Below, in pieces: positions 38,152 to 54,006 of a stretch of DNA of 64,000 bases. The position numbers and the translations under genes were made by a program. A model generated the notes under the pieces. It did no database searches and was not told the DNA's origin. It saw only the letters and a list, made by a program, of their open reading frames with translations. Source of the DNA: Eledone cirrhosa (lineage: Eukaryota); NCBI GenBank assembly GCA_964016885.1, contig OZ024756.1:39184001-39248000 (forward strand), given 5' to 3'. The number at the start of each line of letters is the position of its first letter. Position 1 is the stretch's first letter.

Positions 38152-39814
38152 CCCCCCTGTATGTAAGAATCTATTTTCCTTTCTCTATTTCCCCCTCTCT
38201 ATCTGTAAAACATAAATTTCTCCCGTGTCCCCCCCCCCCCCCTGTCTCTGGCTTATCTAGACCGAAAGTTCTACTTTAAATATAACATGTCATTGACTTT
38301 TTGTTACTCGATGCTGATGGCGCATAAAAGTAGAGCAACCACACAGCTTCTGTGTGTTTAATATAGACGAATATGAAATGAATTTAATTTACTTGTATAA
38401 AGAAACTATTTTGAGTCATAAAAATTAAATAAAAATTTCAATCATTCTGGTCTTAAACTAATAATATAAACACTCAATTAAATTAAACACTTCTATGAAG
38501 AATATATTAAAGAAACGATCGACATAGGGAAACCGAAGTCCTTATTTATCGGGAAAATAACCAACTTATATTGCTTTAAGAAAAAAATAAACAAAAAGAT
38601 ACCCATTGGCACACAAACACTAAACTAATAATTCTAGATGGGATTGTGTTTTATTTTGTTTGTTTATGGTTGATTGATAAATGGAAGGACCAGCGTCTAT
38701 GAACTTTTTCATAGTCCCTGAACAATGGTGGAACGAATAGACTCTGCTGAAGACAGTCGTGAGTCACGTGATTGTGTTAAACGGGTCGACAGATATAATC
38801 TAACACTGAAAAACAGGAACGCTTTCTTCGCAGTTTCCATCTACCAAATTCCATTTCCGAAGCTTTCACTGTCTAATCGCTTTGATAGATCGACAAGCCC
38901 CCAGACCTTATTCACTTGTCGTGTGGGGTAGACCTCGTCAAATCAGACCAAGGAAACAATGTTTTCCAATGGTCTTTTCATTGCTGATACTATCTGCCTG
39001 TTGCAACTTCTGGCATAAAGAGAAATGTGAAATAAAGTGTCTTGCTCAAGGACACAGCGCATCACCCAGTTCGAGAATTTGAACTCGCAACCTCACGATT
39101 ACAAAAAGTAGAAACAATTATATTCTTTTGTTATATTCTGACGTTCGAATCCCACCGTTGACGACTTGGATTTTTATTCCTTCAGAGGTAAGCAAGATAA
39201 ACTATTGACTATGCACTCACAAAACTAATGTATGGTCACGTGATCACGTGTCATTTCCATAAAAATATATTTTGAAAAACTTATTCCACCATTAAAATAA
39301 TTAACACGAACATATTCAAGAAAATATTTAAATGTCCTATTTTTTTGTTTGTTTTTTTGAAAATTTTCTAGAAACATGACTGAAGTCATTTTTCAGGGGT
39401 TTGTGGGTTGTAGTGGGTGGTGGTGGATGAGAGCGTTGGCAAAGACAGGCAGGTGGCATTAACTTAGTGGGGCTTGCGTTAATAGAGTGAGCTAATTTAA
39501 TATATATAAACTAATTTGTCAAGATGGCTGATTAATGCAAATGATATGTTGCTGATATAGTTTTGATACTCTTGTTGAATGTAGGAGAACAACAACAATA
39601 ACAACAACAACAACAGAAACATCAACATTGGAAAATAAAGCAACAACTGCCTCTATAAAAACGATAATAATGCATCCCCCACCTCAGCAATACCAACAAC
39701 AACAACAACATGTCATATCTGTTGATTAGAGAGCAGCTGTTTTATGCCAGAATAAAGCGGCGCCACCCTACCAGATATTAACATTTCTCATTAAATACAC
39801 CCACATACAAACAG

Positions 39815-40510
39815 GTGCACACATATGTATATATATATATACACACACATATGTATATATATACACATGTATACATACACACGTATGTATACACACATGT
39901 ATACACACACACACACATATATACACACACACATATATACACACGTATTCACACCCACATGTATATATATATATATATACACATGTATACACACATATAT
40001 ACACACATGTATACACACACATATGTATATATACACTTGTATGTATATATATGTATATATACACATGTATACACACACACACATACGTATGTATACACAC
40101 ATATGTATGTATACATACGTATGTATTTACACATACACACACTTATATATACACGCACATACACACGTATGTATATACACATACACACGCAAATATATAC
40201 ACTCATGTACACACACATATGTATATACACATACACACACAAATGTATACACTCATATAAACACATGTATATACACATACACACACATATATATACACTC
40301 ATATAAACACATGTATATACACATACACACACAAATATATACACTTATATAAACACACACATGTATATACACTCATATAAACACACATATGTATATACAC
40401 ATATAAACACACACAAATATATACACTCATATAAACACACACATATATATACACTCATATAAACACACACATGTATATACACTCATATAAACACACATGT
40501 ATACACACCC
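39815..40510. repeat. (CA/TA) compound microsatellite
   Basis: Directly visible. Confidence 0.9.
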
Positions 40511-40656
40511 TAAGTATAACGTCTGTCTCTACTACAATTATGGGATACTTCCATATTTGTAAATGATGGAACCAACTGTTTTATTTTTCTTATTTGACAT
40601 CTCCAAATTTATTCATTCTGAGGAAGTGACATATGGTATTAGAAGTATTTAACAAT

Positions 40657-40928
40657 TAGCAGTGGCGACCTCTGGTGTCCTTGGTCCTAGGGCTAACCCC
40701 TTACTCCCCACCATCGGTACAGAGTTAGCTCCCCGTAGTAGTAGCGACCTCTGGTGTCCTTGGTCCTAGGGCTAACCCCTTACTCCCCACCATCGGTACA
40801 GAGTTAGCTCCCCGCAGTAGTGGCGACCTCTGGTGTCCTTGGTCCTAGGGCTAACCCCTTACTCCCCACCATCGGCACAGAGTTAGCTCCCCATAGCAGT
40901 GGAGACCTCTGGTGTCCTTGGTCCTAGG
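40657..40928. repeat. 79-bp GC-rich tandem repeat x3.4
   Basis: TAGCAGTGGCGACCTCTGGTGTCCTTGGTCCTAGGGCTAACCCC...GAGTTAGCTCCCCG. Confidence 0.9.
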
Positions 40929-41523
40929 AACATCTACCTACTCATTGTTATAGCCCTTTACGTTCTGAGTTCAAATCCCACCGAGGTTAGTTTTACCTTT
41001 CATCCTTACGGGGTCGATAAAATAAAGTACCAGTAATACACTGGGCTCGATTTAATCGACTTTTCCCCTCCCCTAAATTGCTGGCCTTGTGCCTAAAGTT
41101 GAAATCATTATACGACTGTGCTGGCTAAGTCGGTAGAGTGCCGAACAGTATCTGTAAAAGTTTGAAAATATACAATATTTAAATAATATTCCTGCCTCTC
41201 AGATTGTAATTAATGAGAAATAACTGCTGGCCTGGCTTTGCAGTGAAAAACTCGGTCTAATGAAGCGCAAGGATGTTTACAACTGTCTTCTTCTGCAATC
41301 TCCAGTTGACCAGTCCCATGTGAGTGAAACAGTTTGGGCGGAAAATGTAGAGATATCGGTCCCCCACACACACAGATACATATATACATACACACACACA
41401 CACACACACATACACACCTAGATACTCATGCACACACATAGATACACAGGCAGTCATGCATCATTGTTTTGGTAAACCAAATGATTTCTTTGTAAAGCAT
41501 ATTATATTTCAGTTATTAAAATG

Positions 41524-42145
<622 letters not shown>

Positions 42146-42964
42146 AAAAGGTAAACAGAAATAACAAAACAAACGGCACATTACATGGAAGCCATATATT
42201 AGTTTAACGCTTGAAATAGCAGGAAGAGAGTCTTAACATTTCGGGCACTAATCCTTCATCAGAATATATTAACCGTACAGCCATGAAACAGCCTATGTGA
42301 ACGTATTTTAAATATTTTAACGTTCCAACCATTTATATGACTCCTCGGATATACCTCTGTCCTCTGATTGGTGTTGAAAAATATAAATATTCTGTCAGTT
42401 TTTATAAAAAGATCAAAACAAAAACAATTAAAAAAGTTACAGTAACTTTTATTACCTATCGACAGGTGAACAACTTCACGTAATTACTTTAATATTTGGG
42501 AGCGTCAATACGAAGTTATATTTCATTGAAACACACACACATGCCTACACACACACACACACATGCCTACACACACACACCACACACACCACACACATAC
42601 CACACACACCATCACAGACACACACTCATATATACATATTATACATACATAATACATATATATATATATATATATATTCATATATATATATATATGAATA
42701 TATATATATATATAATAGCATTATGTATATATATATAAGGGCGGTGAATGGGCAGTATCGGTAGAGGGTTGGACGCCATGTTTTCTAGCATAGTTACGTC
42801 CCTTTACAGTCTGAGTTCAAATCCCGCCGAGGTTAACTTTGCCTTTCATCCTTACGGGATCGATAAAATAAAGTACCAGTAATGTACTGGGTAATTGCTG
42901 GCCTTGTGCCTAAAATAGAAACAATTATGTATATATATATGAATATATATATATATAATAGCAT

Positions 42965-43005
<41 letters not shown>

Positions 43006-43652
43006 GAATATATATATATATAATAGCATTATGTATATATATATAATAGCATTATGTATATATATATATATATAAATATAAATTAGCGAGAATCGTATTT
43101 CGGCTTTGGAATTAGCGAAAAACAACTTCCGAGATGAGTGGCAAGCGCTCAATAATTCTGACGAATTGAATTGAGTCGTAAAAGTGATTACAGGTAGAAC
43201 ATGCAGTATATCTGAGAGGAATGTGTTCCAACATTATTTCTTAAAGAATCTTGTTATAATTATTGAATTTTCAATATTGCTTTCAGACATCCTGAAAACC
43301 TAGAAAGGTAGTTGGCTATAGCACGGCTGCTGTGGACTGTGTTTATTTTATTTGATTTTGTTTCTACTACATTCTAATTCTAATTCTAATTCGTAGTCTT
43401 ACTACAGACGATAAAATAACCGCCAGTAATACAACAGGGATAATTCAATCGATTCTACTCTGGACACAGACAGACACACAGACAGATACAGACCGTCAGA
43501 GACGGACGGACAGACACACACACACACGCACACGCACACGCACACGCACGCACACACAGACACAAGTAGATATACACACACATACACCCACACACTTTTC
43601 CACTTGCACAACAGAAAGTAGAAAGATGAGATCAAGTGATGTTTAAACCTTT

Positions 43653-44160
43653 GGAGGATTGGCAGTATCGGTAGAGGGTCGGACGCCTTTGACGCATAGA
43701 GTTACGGCCCTTGCCATTCTGAGTTCAAATCCCGCCGAGGTTAACTTTGCCTCTCATTCTTACGGGGTCGATGAAATAAAGTACCAGTAATGTACTGGGT
43801 ATTTGCTGGCCTTGTGCCTAAAGTAGAAACAATTATTATTTCTATATTTATAATTGTTTCTACTTTTGGCACAAGGCCAGCAATTACCCAGTACATTACT
43901 GGTACTTTATTTTATCGACCCCGTAAGAATGAAAGGCAAAGTTAACCTCGGCGGGATTTGAACTCAGAATGGAAAGGGCCGTAACTCTATGCGTCAAAGC
44001 ATGGCATCCGACCCTCTACCGATACTGCTAACCCATATATAATACTTTCTGGAAAGGTTTAAACGGTGGATTGGCAGTATCTGTAGAGCGTTGGCCGCCA
44101 TGCTTTCTAACAATGTACTGGGTAATTGCTGGCCTTGTGCCAAAAGTAGAAACAATTATT
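43653..44160. mobile_element. Inverted pair plus a truncated third copy of the same SINE (others at ~16470-16855, 22627-22838, 33130-33593, 34895-35100, 40945-41110, 42737-42927, 47445-47640, 48300-48410, 51487-51630, 60703-60901, 61813-61972)
   Basis: Same consensus throughout; the 48300 copy has a ~19-bp TSD CATTAATTATTCATCTTAA. Confidence 0.82.
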
Positions 44161-44851
44161 ATTCCTATATTTGGAATGACTTAGATCTTATTGTGAATCA
44201 TAGGTTTACTGTCCGGTACTCCAGGGCGGTTACCTCCTCCCTGCAATTTATAGGAAGAGAAAAGTTGATTAAATCGACCCCCAGTTCATAACTGGTACTT
44301 CACTTTTTTTTATCAACCCGGAAAGAAGAGAAAGGGAAAGTTGACCGCAGTGGGATTTGAACTCAGAATATAAAGAGTCAGAATAGAAACTGTAATGACA
44401 TCTTATCTGACTATATACCAATTCTATCAGTCCACTACTCTGATTAATTATTGAATAATAATCGAATCAATAATTATATAACTATTTGGGTATTAAAGTA
44501 CTGTATTAAAACTTCATAATAAAAATAAAACATAATAATATTTATCAAGTCGAATTCATTAACGACTGAATATTGTAATTAAATAAAAACAATTCAACGA
44601 AGTAGAAATTAAATGTTTAAACAAATTTACATTAATTAATTCTATGATGCATAAATGGAAAGTATGATTGTTCGAATACCCACCATGTAAAATACCATTT
44701 TGAAATCAATATCACTGACCACTCATCGATACATAGTAGTGACTGTTCATAAAAGGAATGTATGATTGTCCGAATACCCCAACACAGGAAAAAACACCAT
44801 TCTGAAGTTAATACTATTGCTCATTCGTCCATATATGGTTCTTTCTCACTA

Positions 44852-45698
44852 AAAGGTAAAGATCCATTATGGCCACGAATGACCATGGGATTTGTACCTA
44901 GAAAGTTTCTCTCCGAGGCCCAAATCCGGGCAAGGTTGTTTGTGGAAGACCAGCAGTCGCCCATGCATACCCGCCTCCCCTCTCCATACCAGCGATGATG
45001 TCCAAGGGAAAGGCAATGGCCGATACAGCTTGACACCAGTGACATCACAACTTACTCTATATATACACCCGGTATACTCAATATATACAATCTATACTCT
45101 ATATATACACCCTCTATACTCTATATATACACCCTCTATACTCTATATATACACCCGGTATACTCAATATATACAATCTATACTCTATATATACACCCGG
45201 TATACTCAATATATACAATCTATACTCTATATATACACCCGGTATACTCAATATATATACTATATACTCTATATATACACTCTATACTCAATATATACAA
45301 TCTACACTCTATATATACACCCTCTATACTCAATATATACACTATATACTCTATATATATACACTCTATACTCTATACATACACTATATACTCTATATAT
45401 ACACTCTATACTCTATACATACACTCTATACTCTTTATATACACTCTATACTCTTTATATACACTATATACTCTTTATATACACTATATATGGTGTTGTC
45501 CAAGAGAAAGAAAGGCAATGGCCGATTCAGCTTGACACCAGTGACGTCACTTCTCATTTCTACAGCTGAGTAAAACTGGAGCAACGTGAAATAAAGTGTC
45601 TTGCTCAGGGACACAACACATCACCCGGTCCGAGAATTGAACTCACAACCCTTACGACTGCAGATGTAATGGTGAAACCACTAAGGCATGCACCTTCA
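44852..45698 (-). mobile_element. CORE-type SINE with a different tail, interrupted by an AT-rich minisatellite (~45055-45490)
   Basis: tRNA head at the 45698 end; ~50-bp segment GTCCAAG...GCTTGACACCAGTGAC is duplicated on both sides of the minisatellite. Confidence 0.7.
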
Positions 45699-46245
45699 AT
45701 AAGCCTTCTTTCTCACTATTAATAAATTAAAAGATAAAATTTAAACAATTTAAAATTAATAGATTTAGTTGAACCTTATCAAGTTTCTATATGCTCGAGG
45801 AAAACAAAAACAAAAAATCAATGTAACGCATCAGTTGAGGAGAAAAAAATAAATATGTGAAAATTTTAAAATACAAATCAAAAGGGAATTATTCCGCAAA
45901 GTAAAACAAGGAAAATTTAGTCAACATAATTATTCAAAATTTCAGGAATTTCGCAGTTATTTTTCTTTCATATCACAAAATTTAAATACTAAAAAAAAAA
46001 AAAATATTAATTTAAAATAAAATAAATGTCATGCTTAAAAATATATATTAGTCACGCCACCCCACTCATATGTGTATGTGTGAGTACATAAATATTTTCT
46101 AACATGTGTGTATTTGTGAATGTATGTGTGTGTGTGTATATAAATGTGCTTGCATATATGATGTCTATATATATGTATATATATGTCTATATATATAAAA
46201 GAATCGCAGCTTTCACCCTTTATATGTATATATATGTATATATAC

Positions 46246-46459
46246 ATAACGAAGGAAGTGTGGTAAGGAACCAGGTGGGCCAGAACGCACCAAAGTACTG
46301 AATACTTTGGGTAGAAGATTGGGTAATAGGAAACGGTTCAGGATCCCGACGGCAGAGCTCAAGCCGTTTCGACGGCTATTTCTGGACCAAAAATAGGGTC
46401 CAGAAATAGCCGTCGAAACGGCTTGAGCTCTGCCGTCGGGGTGCTGAACCTTTTCCTAT
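46246..46459 (-). mobile_element. Penelope-like fold-back element, diverged relative of 48052-48255
   Basis: 134-bp palindrome 46326-46459 with a homologous tail on the minus strand. Confidence 0.68.
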
Positions 46460-46947
46460 ATGTTATACATATATACATAATCCGTATGGAGCCCTCTTCA
46501 GATTTTAGTCTTCACGTTTATTATCATTACTATATATATGCACGCTGAGACATGCACACAAACACACACACTCACACACACATATGTAAATATATATTGA
46601 ATTCATATATGCCATTGGTTTTATTTTATGTTGATTAAATGTTTGTATAATAGAAATAGCGGCATTAAGTCAATTTTTCTGAGACTTCACACGTTAATGG
46701 AATTTCACGCATTTTCAGAGCGAATCACTTTGTCTCTGGTGCGCACTCTCATTAATCATACTAGAAAATAGGAAAAAGATGAGAAAGAATACTTTAGTAT
46801 TATTTAACATGTTCTATAAGTCACACCAAACGGGATTTTTAAAAGTTTAATATTCTAGGAATTTTCATAAGTTTGAATTCGAAGTTGTTTTTCCTACCAG
46901 TGGATGATATAATAACGAAGTAGCTTATCTGAGAATTATTACTAATA

Positions 46948-47424
46948 CTAGCAGAAAAACCACCCTTCGGGTGGTTTTCTGCTGGCCTGTGTAGTGTGTA
47001 TATTGATATTATACGCAAGTATATATACATGTAGATATGATACATCAAATACAATCGTAATTGACAATATACACATAAATTGAACGAAGACTGCGTTACA
47101 CTGTCTTATGTAATCAGTAACGTAATCCATGATACATTAAAAAAGACGATATTATATATAAACTGCATTAGGAGAAAATTAGTGACGGAAATTAATGAAT
47201 GTTTATTTAAGCGATCGCTAACCGGAAGTGTTGACATTTGAGAATTTTAAAGAAGTGAATCTTAAAATAAGCAACAAAATTATTTATATTTAATCAAGAA
47301 TAACGAAATTTAGCAGATAAATTATGTAATATTCATTAATTATTTATTCAAAGTAATCCAATTTATTTTACAAACGAGATAAAAAATATATTCTAGACGC
47401 AGTCTTACTTTATTATAATTTAGA
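46948..47424 (-). mobile_element. Non-autonomous Helitron (copy B, lacking the SINE)
   Basis: Same TC...hairpin-CTAG termini in an AT target; aligns to 1689-2285. Confidence 0.8.
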
Positions 47425-47811
47425 TTTTAAAGTGATGTTAGAATGGTGGATTTGGTTATAATTGGTAGAGTGTCGGACAACATGCTTTGCTGTATATAGT
47501 GTTGAAGTTTATGTTCTGAGTTCAAATCCCACCAAGGTTAGCTTTGCGTTTCATATTTACGGGGTCGATAAAATAATGTACCAGTAAAATACTGTGATCG
47601 ATATAATCAACGCTCCCTACCTGTATATCGCTGGTCTTGTGACGTTAGGCCGGTGGATTGACAGAAGTGCTCTTGTCCGAAACGTTAGGACTCTCTTCCT
47701 TCAATTTCAAGCGTTAAACTAATATATGTTTTCCATGTAATGTGCTGTTTGTTTTATTTTTGTTATTTATGTTTACCTTTTTACACACACACACACATAT
47801 ATATATATACG

Positions 47812-47859
<48 letters not shown>

Positions 47860-48002
47860 AACGTTAAGACCCTCTTCCTGCTATATCAAGCGTTAACCTA
47901 ATATATCCCTTCCATATACTGTACCGATTGTATTGTTATTTCTGTTTACCACACACTGTTTACCACACACTGTTTACCACACACTGTTTATTGTTATTTC
48001 TG

Positions 48003-48045
<43 letters not shown>

Positions 48046-48051
48046 GTGTAT

Positions 48052-48255
48052 ATATGAAAAGCGTCAAGACCCCGACGGCTGAGCTCCGGCCGTTTCGACA
48101 GCTAGATCCGAACAGTTCGGATCTAGCTGTCGAAACGGCTGGAGTTCAGCCGTCGGGGTCCTGACTCTTTTCATATTACCCACTCTACTACCCTAAGTAT
48201 TGAGTACTCTGGTGCGTTATGGTCCACCTAGTATCTTACCACACTTTCTTTGTTA
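48052..48255 (+). mobile_element. Penelope-like fold-back element (125-bp palindrome + tail)
   Basis: GAAA-CGGCTG..CAGCCG-TC hammerhead 3' half in the arms; tail ACTCTACTACCCTAAGTATTGAGTACTCT. Confidence 0.7.
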
Positions 48256-50834
48256 TATATAAAACTATAGATATAACTACTTCATTAATTATTCATCTTA
48301 AGTTCAAATCCCACCAAGGTTAACTTTGCCTTTCATCCTTACGAGGTCGATAAAATAAAGTACCAGTAATGCACTGGTATAATTGCTGGCCTTGTGCCAA
48401 AAGTAGAAGCCATTAATTATTCATCTTAATGCTAAGGTTATATTTCTAGAGTTAACGGTAGTTATGTCTTTCAAGTCATCATGTATCATATATTAATCTA
48501 TCTCTTTCGTGTATGTGTTAAACGTTTCTCTTAATATTTGTTCAAACTAATGTGTTTTGAGAATGAAATTCGAAAGACAGGATCTGTTTGGAAGCTCTTT
48601 TGATGTATCTATAACTGTGATCGAAAAGGTCAGTCAAATCTAATACAGAACCACAAAGAATCTTCCTGGGAATCACATTAATGGTGCATGTATTTGCTGA
48701 ATATTCTGCAACATACATGGTAATTTAGCGAGTGGGCCACTACGTGAATCGAACAACTGGAGTAGTTATTATTGAAACTAACTGGGGGTATATTTCCTAT
48801 TCCATATTTATATCAGGTGTTTATTTAATTTATATATTTCTTAATTAGAATAGACATCTTGACATTTTCTCCCTTCGGATATTCAGCAACTTAATTAGAG
48901 ACCAATTTCTACATGGCATTTCAAATATTACCTCAAAGATGTCCTCTTGATATGTGTTTTCAAAGCTGCCGTAAACTGTAAATATTATTCTTAATTCTAC
49001 ATTGCTGTTTGTCAGAATGAGAAACCTGAGTAATTCTTACGAAATTCATTTTGTCATTTATGTATACGATTGCTGACATTTAATTCATACCAAATTCATT
49101 CTCCATCTCACTAAATATAAATAGACTAGAATTACTTTGGGCATAGAAGAAGTGCCATATGTCGTTATATTAAAGTGATCACGTGACACACCTTGTGCGC
49201 ATGTACTAAGAACGGAGGACGTCGGCCTAAATGCAAACATTAGAATGTTTGTTTTTTGTTATAATAGATTTCGTCATCAACAGATTATCTTTACAAGACA
49301 CCCATTAGATGCTACAAGATTTTGAAGATAAAAGGTTTTGCATATTGTTTTTTCAGTTGACTACATTTGTTGCAACATCAAATCCCCAGTAGATCACCTT
49401 CCATGTCAATATCACAACATGGCCAAACAATAAAATGTATCGCTTGATCTTGCAAACATGCTCTTTATTCCACAAATTGTTCTGTTCACAGCCAAATACA
49501 GCACTACTACTCTATATATCTGATTCCACAGTAAAGATCATTATTTCTCTTCAGCAGCTGATCCAATGGGAAATAACGAAAGCTACATGAATTAAGTTAT
49601 ATATCTAGGACTTGTATATCTTTTATAGGTTATAAACAGTGTTTACACTAGATTTAAGATGACTTATGTAAGAACATCTTAAATCTTGTTTAAAATGTCT
49701 TATGTAAGGACAAGTGGAGCCGCATAGCCTAGTGGTAAGGGTGTTGGACTTACGATCATAATGTCTCTGGACTGGGTTGTGTGTTGTGTTCTTGAGCAAA
49801 ACACTTCATTTCACGTTGCTCCAGTATACTCAGTTGAAAATGAGTACCAGCAATAGCTGGGGGTTTAACCCTGCGGTAGACTGGCGTCCTGTCCAGGGGG
49901 TAATCTTGTCATATCACGAAACCGGGATAATCTCCGGCCTAACGAGCCTTCTGGCTTGAGTCAGACTTTAGACTAGACTATGTAAGGACAAGAAGAGATA
50001 TATCCAACTCTTGTTGTTGTTGTTGTTGTTTATGTTGCCGCTGTTGTTGTCGTCGTTGTTGTTGTTGCTGAAATTATTCCTTTTTACGAAGTTGTTCTCG
50101 TTATTTAATTGGTTAACCGTATCGTGTCTCTCTATTCAATATTTCTGTTCGTATTTCAGAATGAAGGGGAGAAGCAATTAATGAATTTATAAAATTAGCT
50201 ATGGAACTCTTAGGCAACTAATTAAATTAATAAAAAAAGGGGGGGGGGGGAATAACCGGGAAGTTTAATCTAAATGAGAACAAGGTACGGTATTTAAAAA
50301 CAAACAAATGAATTATAAAATATACAAAAGACATATAGAAAAACAAACAAAAACAACAACCCTATAAAAACTAGGAATATTTTATCAACGTATATTGATA
50401 AAATCTTATCGAAATATTGGTTGACGCCATACATTCCCGAAAATATTTTATTTCAGTTTTATTTTTCAATTTGTAAAATGTAAACCATTTTCTCAAGAAA
50501 TTTGCTGGTAGAAAAGTGAAATTAAATGTAAAATGAAAAAAACAAAAACAAAAAAAAATGTATTACAATTATATTTGTAAAAATCTATCATTTATCAATA
50601 ATTCTGAACATAAGGTGACTATATTAACAATAATGTCAAGAATATTGCTAATATACATCCTGAACGATGAAAATCGTTTAAATTGAAGTTTTCTGTTTAA
50701 TAAAAAAATTAACCCTTTATATAAACTAACTGCAATATTTCCACGACATTGTGTCTAAGTCTGATACATATAACACATAAATAGTGCAGTCTGTGCAGCT
50801 GGAAATAAATATCTGAAAATAGAGCTTTAAAATT

Positions 50835-51385
50835 GATAGAGTGCATAGCTGAGAGATGAGAGAGTCACTCCAGGTAGAGCCACTACTTCTCCGAATTGAG
50901 AGATCACAGCTCCGATACTATGGACATGTGGTTAGAATGTCTCAGGAAGGAATCGCTGGACAGATCTGTAGCTCGGAGATCAGAGAGTCACCCCAGGTAG
51001 AGCCACTACTTCTCCGAATTGAGAGATCACAGCTCTGATACTATGGACATGTCGTTAGAATGTCTCAGGAAGGAATCGCTGGACAGATCTGTAGCTCGGA
51101 GATCAGAGAGTCACCCCAGGTAGAGCCACTACTTCTCCGAATTGAGGGATCACAGCTCTGATATTATGGTTAGAATGTCTCAGGAAAGAATAACTGGACA
51201 GATTTTACAGGCAAAACCAACCGGCAGGAGACCCAGGAATAGACCCACCTTGAGCAAGATGGTTGGATAACATCCATTAGCTTGGCTGGTCTAGCTTGGG
51301 GATCCAGCTGGATCAAGTGGAAACGGTTATTGCTTCTGACATGACCCGCTGGAAGAGTGTTTGAGGACTCTGCCTACATGTCCCC
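50835..51385 (+). mobile_element. RTE (Expander/Rex3-like) ORF 3'-end fragment with a triplicated 123-bp unit
   Basis: Translates to IRESLQVEPLLLRIERSQLRYYGHVVRMSQE...QAKPTGRRPRNRP. Confidence 0.8.
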
Positions 51386-54006
51386 AGGGTTCTTTCCTGA
51401 GACATTCTAACCCCATGCCTATAGTATCTGTGCTGTGATCGTCCATGTTTGATGCAATTAGAATAATTAAACACATAGTAACACCATTGTATTACTGGTA
51501 CTTTATTTTATCGACCCCGTAAGGATGAAAAGTTAACCTCGACGGGATTTGAACTCAGACTGTAAAGGGACGTAACTATGTCGGAAAGCATAGCGTCCGA
51601 TCCTCTACCGGTACTGCCAATTCAACGCCCCCAATAAGAAATCATTGATAATAGATAATATGGTTTCATCATTCCAGTTCATCTTCTTGGTCAGACCATC
51701 GTTTTACCAACTTCATAGTTTCTCGTTTTATTCTGGACTTTCATCTACGTTTATTCTCTTTATTTCAACTTTATCCAAACATACAAAACATTCTGCCAAA
51801 ATTCCTATTTACCATTCTGTCGCAGCAAAGATGTTATATTTTTGATAATAGCGATATACTAATATTACATTTCAATAGCGTTTCACACGTATTCGTCATT
51901 TATCTCACAAAAAAAAAAAAAAAACCCTCCCCAAATCTCCAAGAACGTTTAGAATTTTCTACGAATGTTATTCTGAAATTATCTATATTTAACAAACCTT
52001 TCCAAAGGCAGCAATCTAAATGTAATTAGGAATTATTTGTATATTGTTAAGCTGATTCTATAAAATATTTTTTATAGAATGCTGTGTTTCGATGACAAAG
52101 TACGGATGATAGATAAAGTGACTGTATACCTGAACAAACGTGAGTGGGCAGATCCATGTTTTAGAATCTATTTTTGGGTTATCATATAAAGATGTATAGG
52201 TGTATGTTAATATATTCATACAAATCTCTGTGAAATCACATAGAACTTGATTTGATCTACATGCAAACAATCACGCACAAACTAACACACTCCTACGTAT
52301 GTCTGTAGGAATATTTCCTTATGAGACAAATGATGAGATACGTGAAAGCGACTGTACTCAGTGTTGACAATAGATAATATAAGAATAGCTCGGTTATTTC
52401 AGTCAAAATTCCCTCAAAACTATATTCTTCTACAACAATCGTTGGAAGAACATTACATACTTAATATTCCACTCCTCTCATACGAAATTATTTTTCTTTC
52501 TTTCTCTCCTACTTTCTTATCTTTTCCTCTTTTTCAGCTTTTTTCTTTGAAAATTAGTTTTTCTCCCTCTCTTCTTTCTGTTGATTTTCTTTATTTATTC
52601 CCGTGGTTTTCTATATTTCTTTCTTTCTCTTGTCTTTCCATTTACTTTCTTTCTCCTTTCCTTCTTTTTTCTATCGTTATTTTTACCGTTTCTCACTACT
52701 TCTCTCGTTACAAATTTCTCTCAAGCAATTTCGCATCTTTAAATTTTTCTCAAATCCTTTCACACAAAATAATATTTTAACTTTCTCAACAATTTTTCGT
52801 TGTCTCCCCGCCACCTTTTTTTTATTTTATTTTTCCCCTTTTTCCCCTCTACCTTTCTCAACAATCTTTCATCGTCTTCTCTTTTAAAATTCTTTTTATA
52901 TTCTCGATATTTCTCAACAAGTTTTGTCATTCTTTTATTCCCATTAGTTTTCTTTCCATTTGATTTCATGCATTCTTTAAGATTCCTTTTCATAATTCTC
53001 ACATTAATTCATATTCTTATATTCTTATATTCTCTTTGTCTATCAATGTGTAAATATATTGAAAGCTACTAATAAGCCATGAGTAAGATGCAAGCTTGCT
53101 TATTAATGAATTAAGAGAGATGAATGTACTTATATTCTTTTGTTTCTCTAAATATATCATAGTTCTTCCACATCGTTGTATCTATTTGTTATATTAATAA
53201 TGAATATTATATCTATACTTAGATTGTATTTGTGTTTATATATTTCAATCTAGATATAACGCTAGATAAATATGTCCTATATTTCAATGGCTGGTCGAAA
53301 TTAACGGATGCAATATTCATAAGGAAAGAAGAAAAAACTTATTGCTTTCAACCGGATATCGAAAACGGTGTGTGAACTTGTGTCGAGCTTATATGTTGCC
53401 CAACGGTCACACGACAGAGTTGTTTACCTTATAAACCTAGATTTCTATCTAATATACAAGAAACAAGAATAGCTCTCAGTCCTTTCTTTATTTTATATCC
53501 TATATTCTTTTTTCTTTCTATCGATAATCTTGCTTCAAATATATAGAATTATAGTAAGTAAAAACACGGCAGTAAACAATAAAAGTGGGAAAATAAATAG
53601 ATTGCTGCATTTATTTACTTCTTCTTCTTCTTCTTCTCCTCCTCCCCCGCCCACTTATTCCTGGGAAGGTCAGGGTGGGGTTGGCAGAGTCCTCAAACAC
53701 TCCTTCCAGTGGGTCCTGTCAGAAGCAACTGTCTCCAACTGATCTGGCTGGATCCCCAAGCGAGACCAGCCATGCTCGCCGAGGTCAGATTTACTTTTCG
53801 TCTGTATAAGGTCGATAAATTAAGTACTGCTAAAGTATATTCGACAGATTAACTAGACTACCCCGCCACCATCACTGCAGCAACATTTATTGCTTCTTCT
53901 TCACTTTCTCCTTTTTCGCCTTCTTCTTCCTAAAACTCTTTTAGGATTGTTTGATTGGATATTTCTGCTTTTTTTCGTTTTGACTGCATGCCCATATATG
54001 GACTGT

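Noticed and set aside
38735-38795. Possible hammerhead (CTGAAGA + hairpin + TAAACGGGTC)
   Set aside because: GAAA is missing and stems I and III are unconvincing.
48450-53500. Exons of a second host gene in the unique-looking AT-rich region
   Set aside because: No recognisable protein motif or phase-consistent exon chain; small exons cannot be excluded without RNA-seq.
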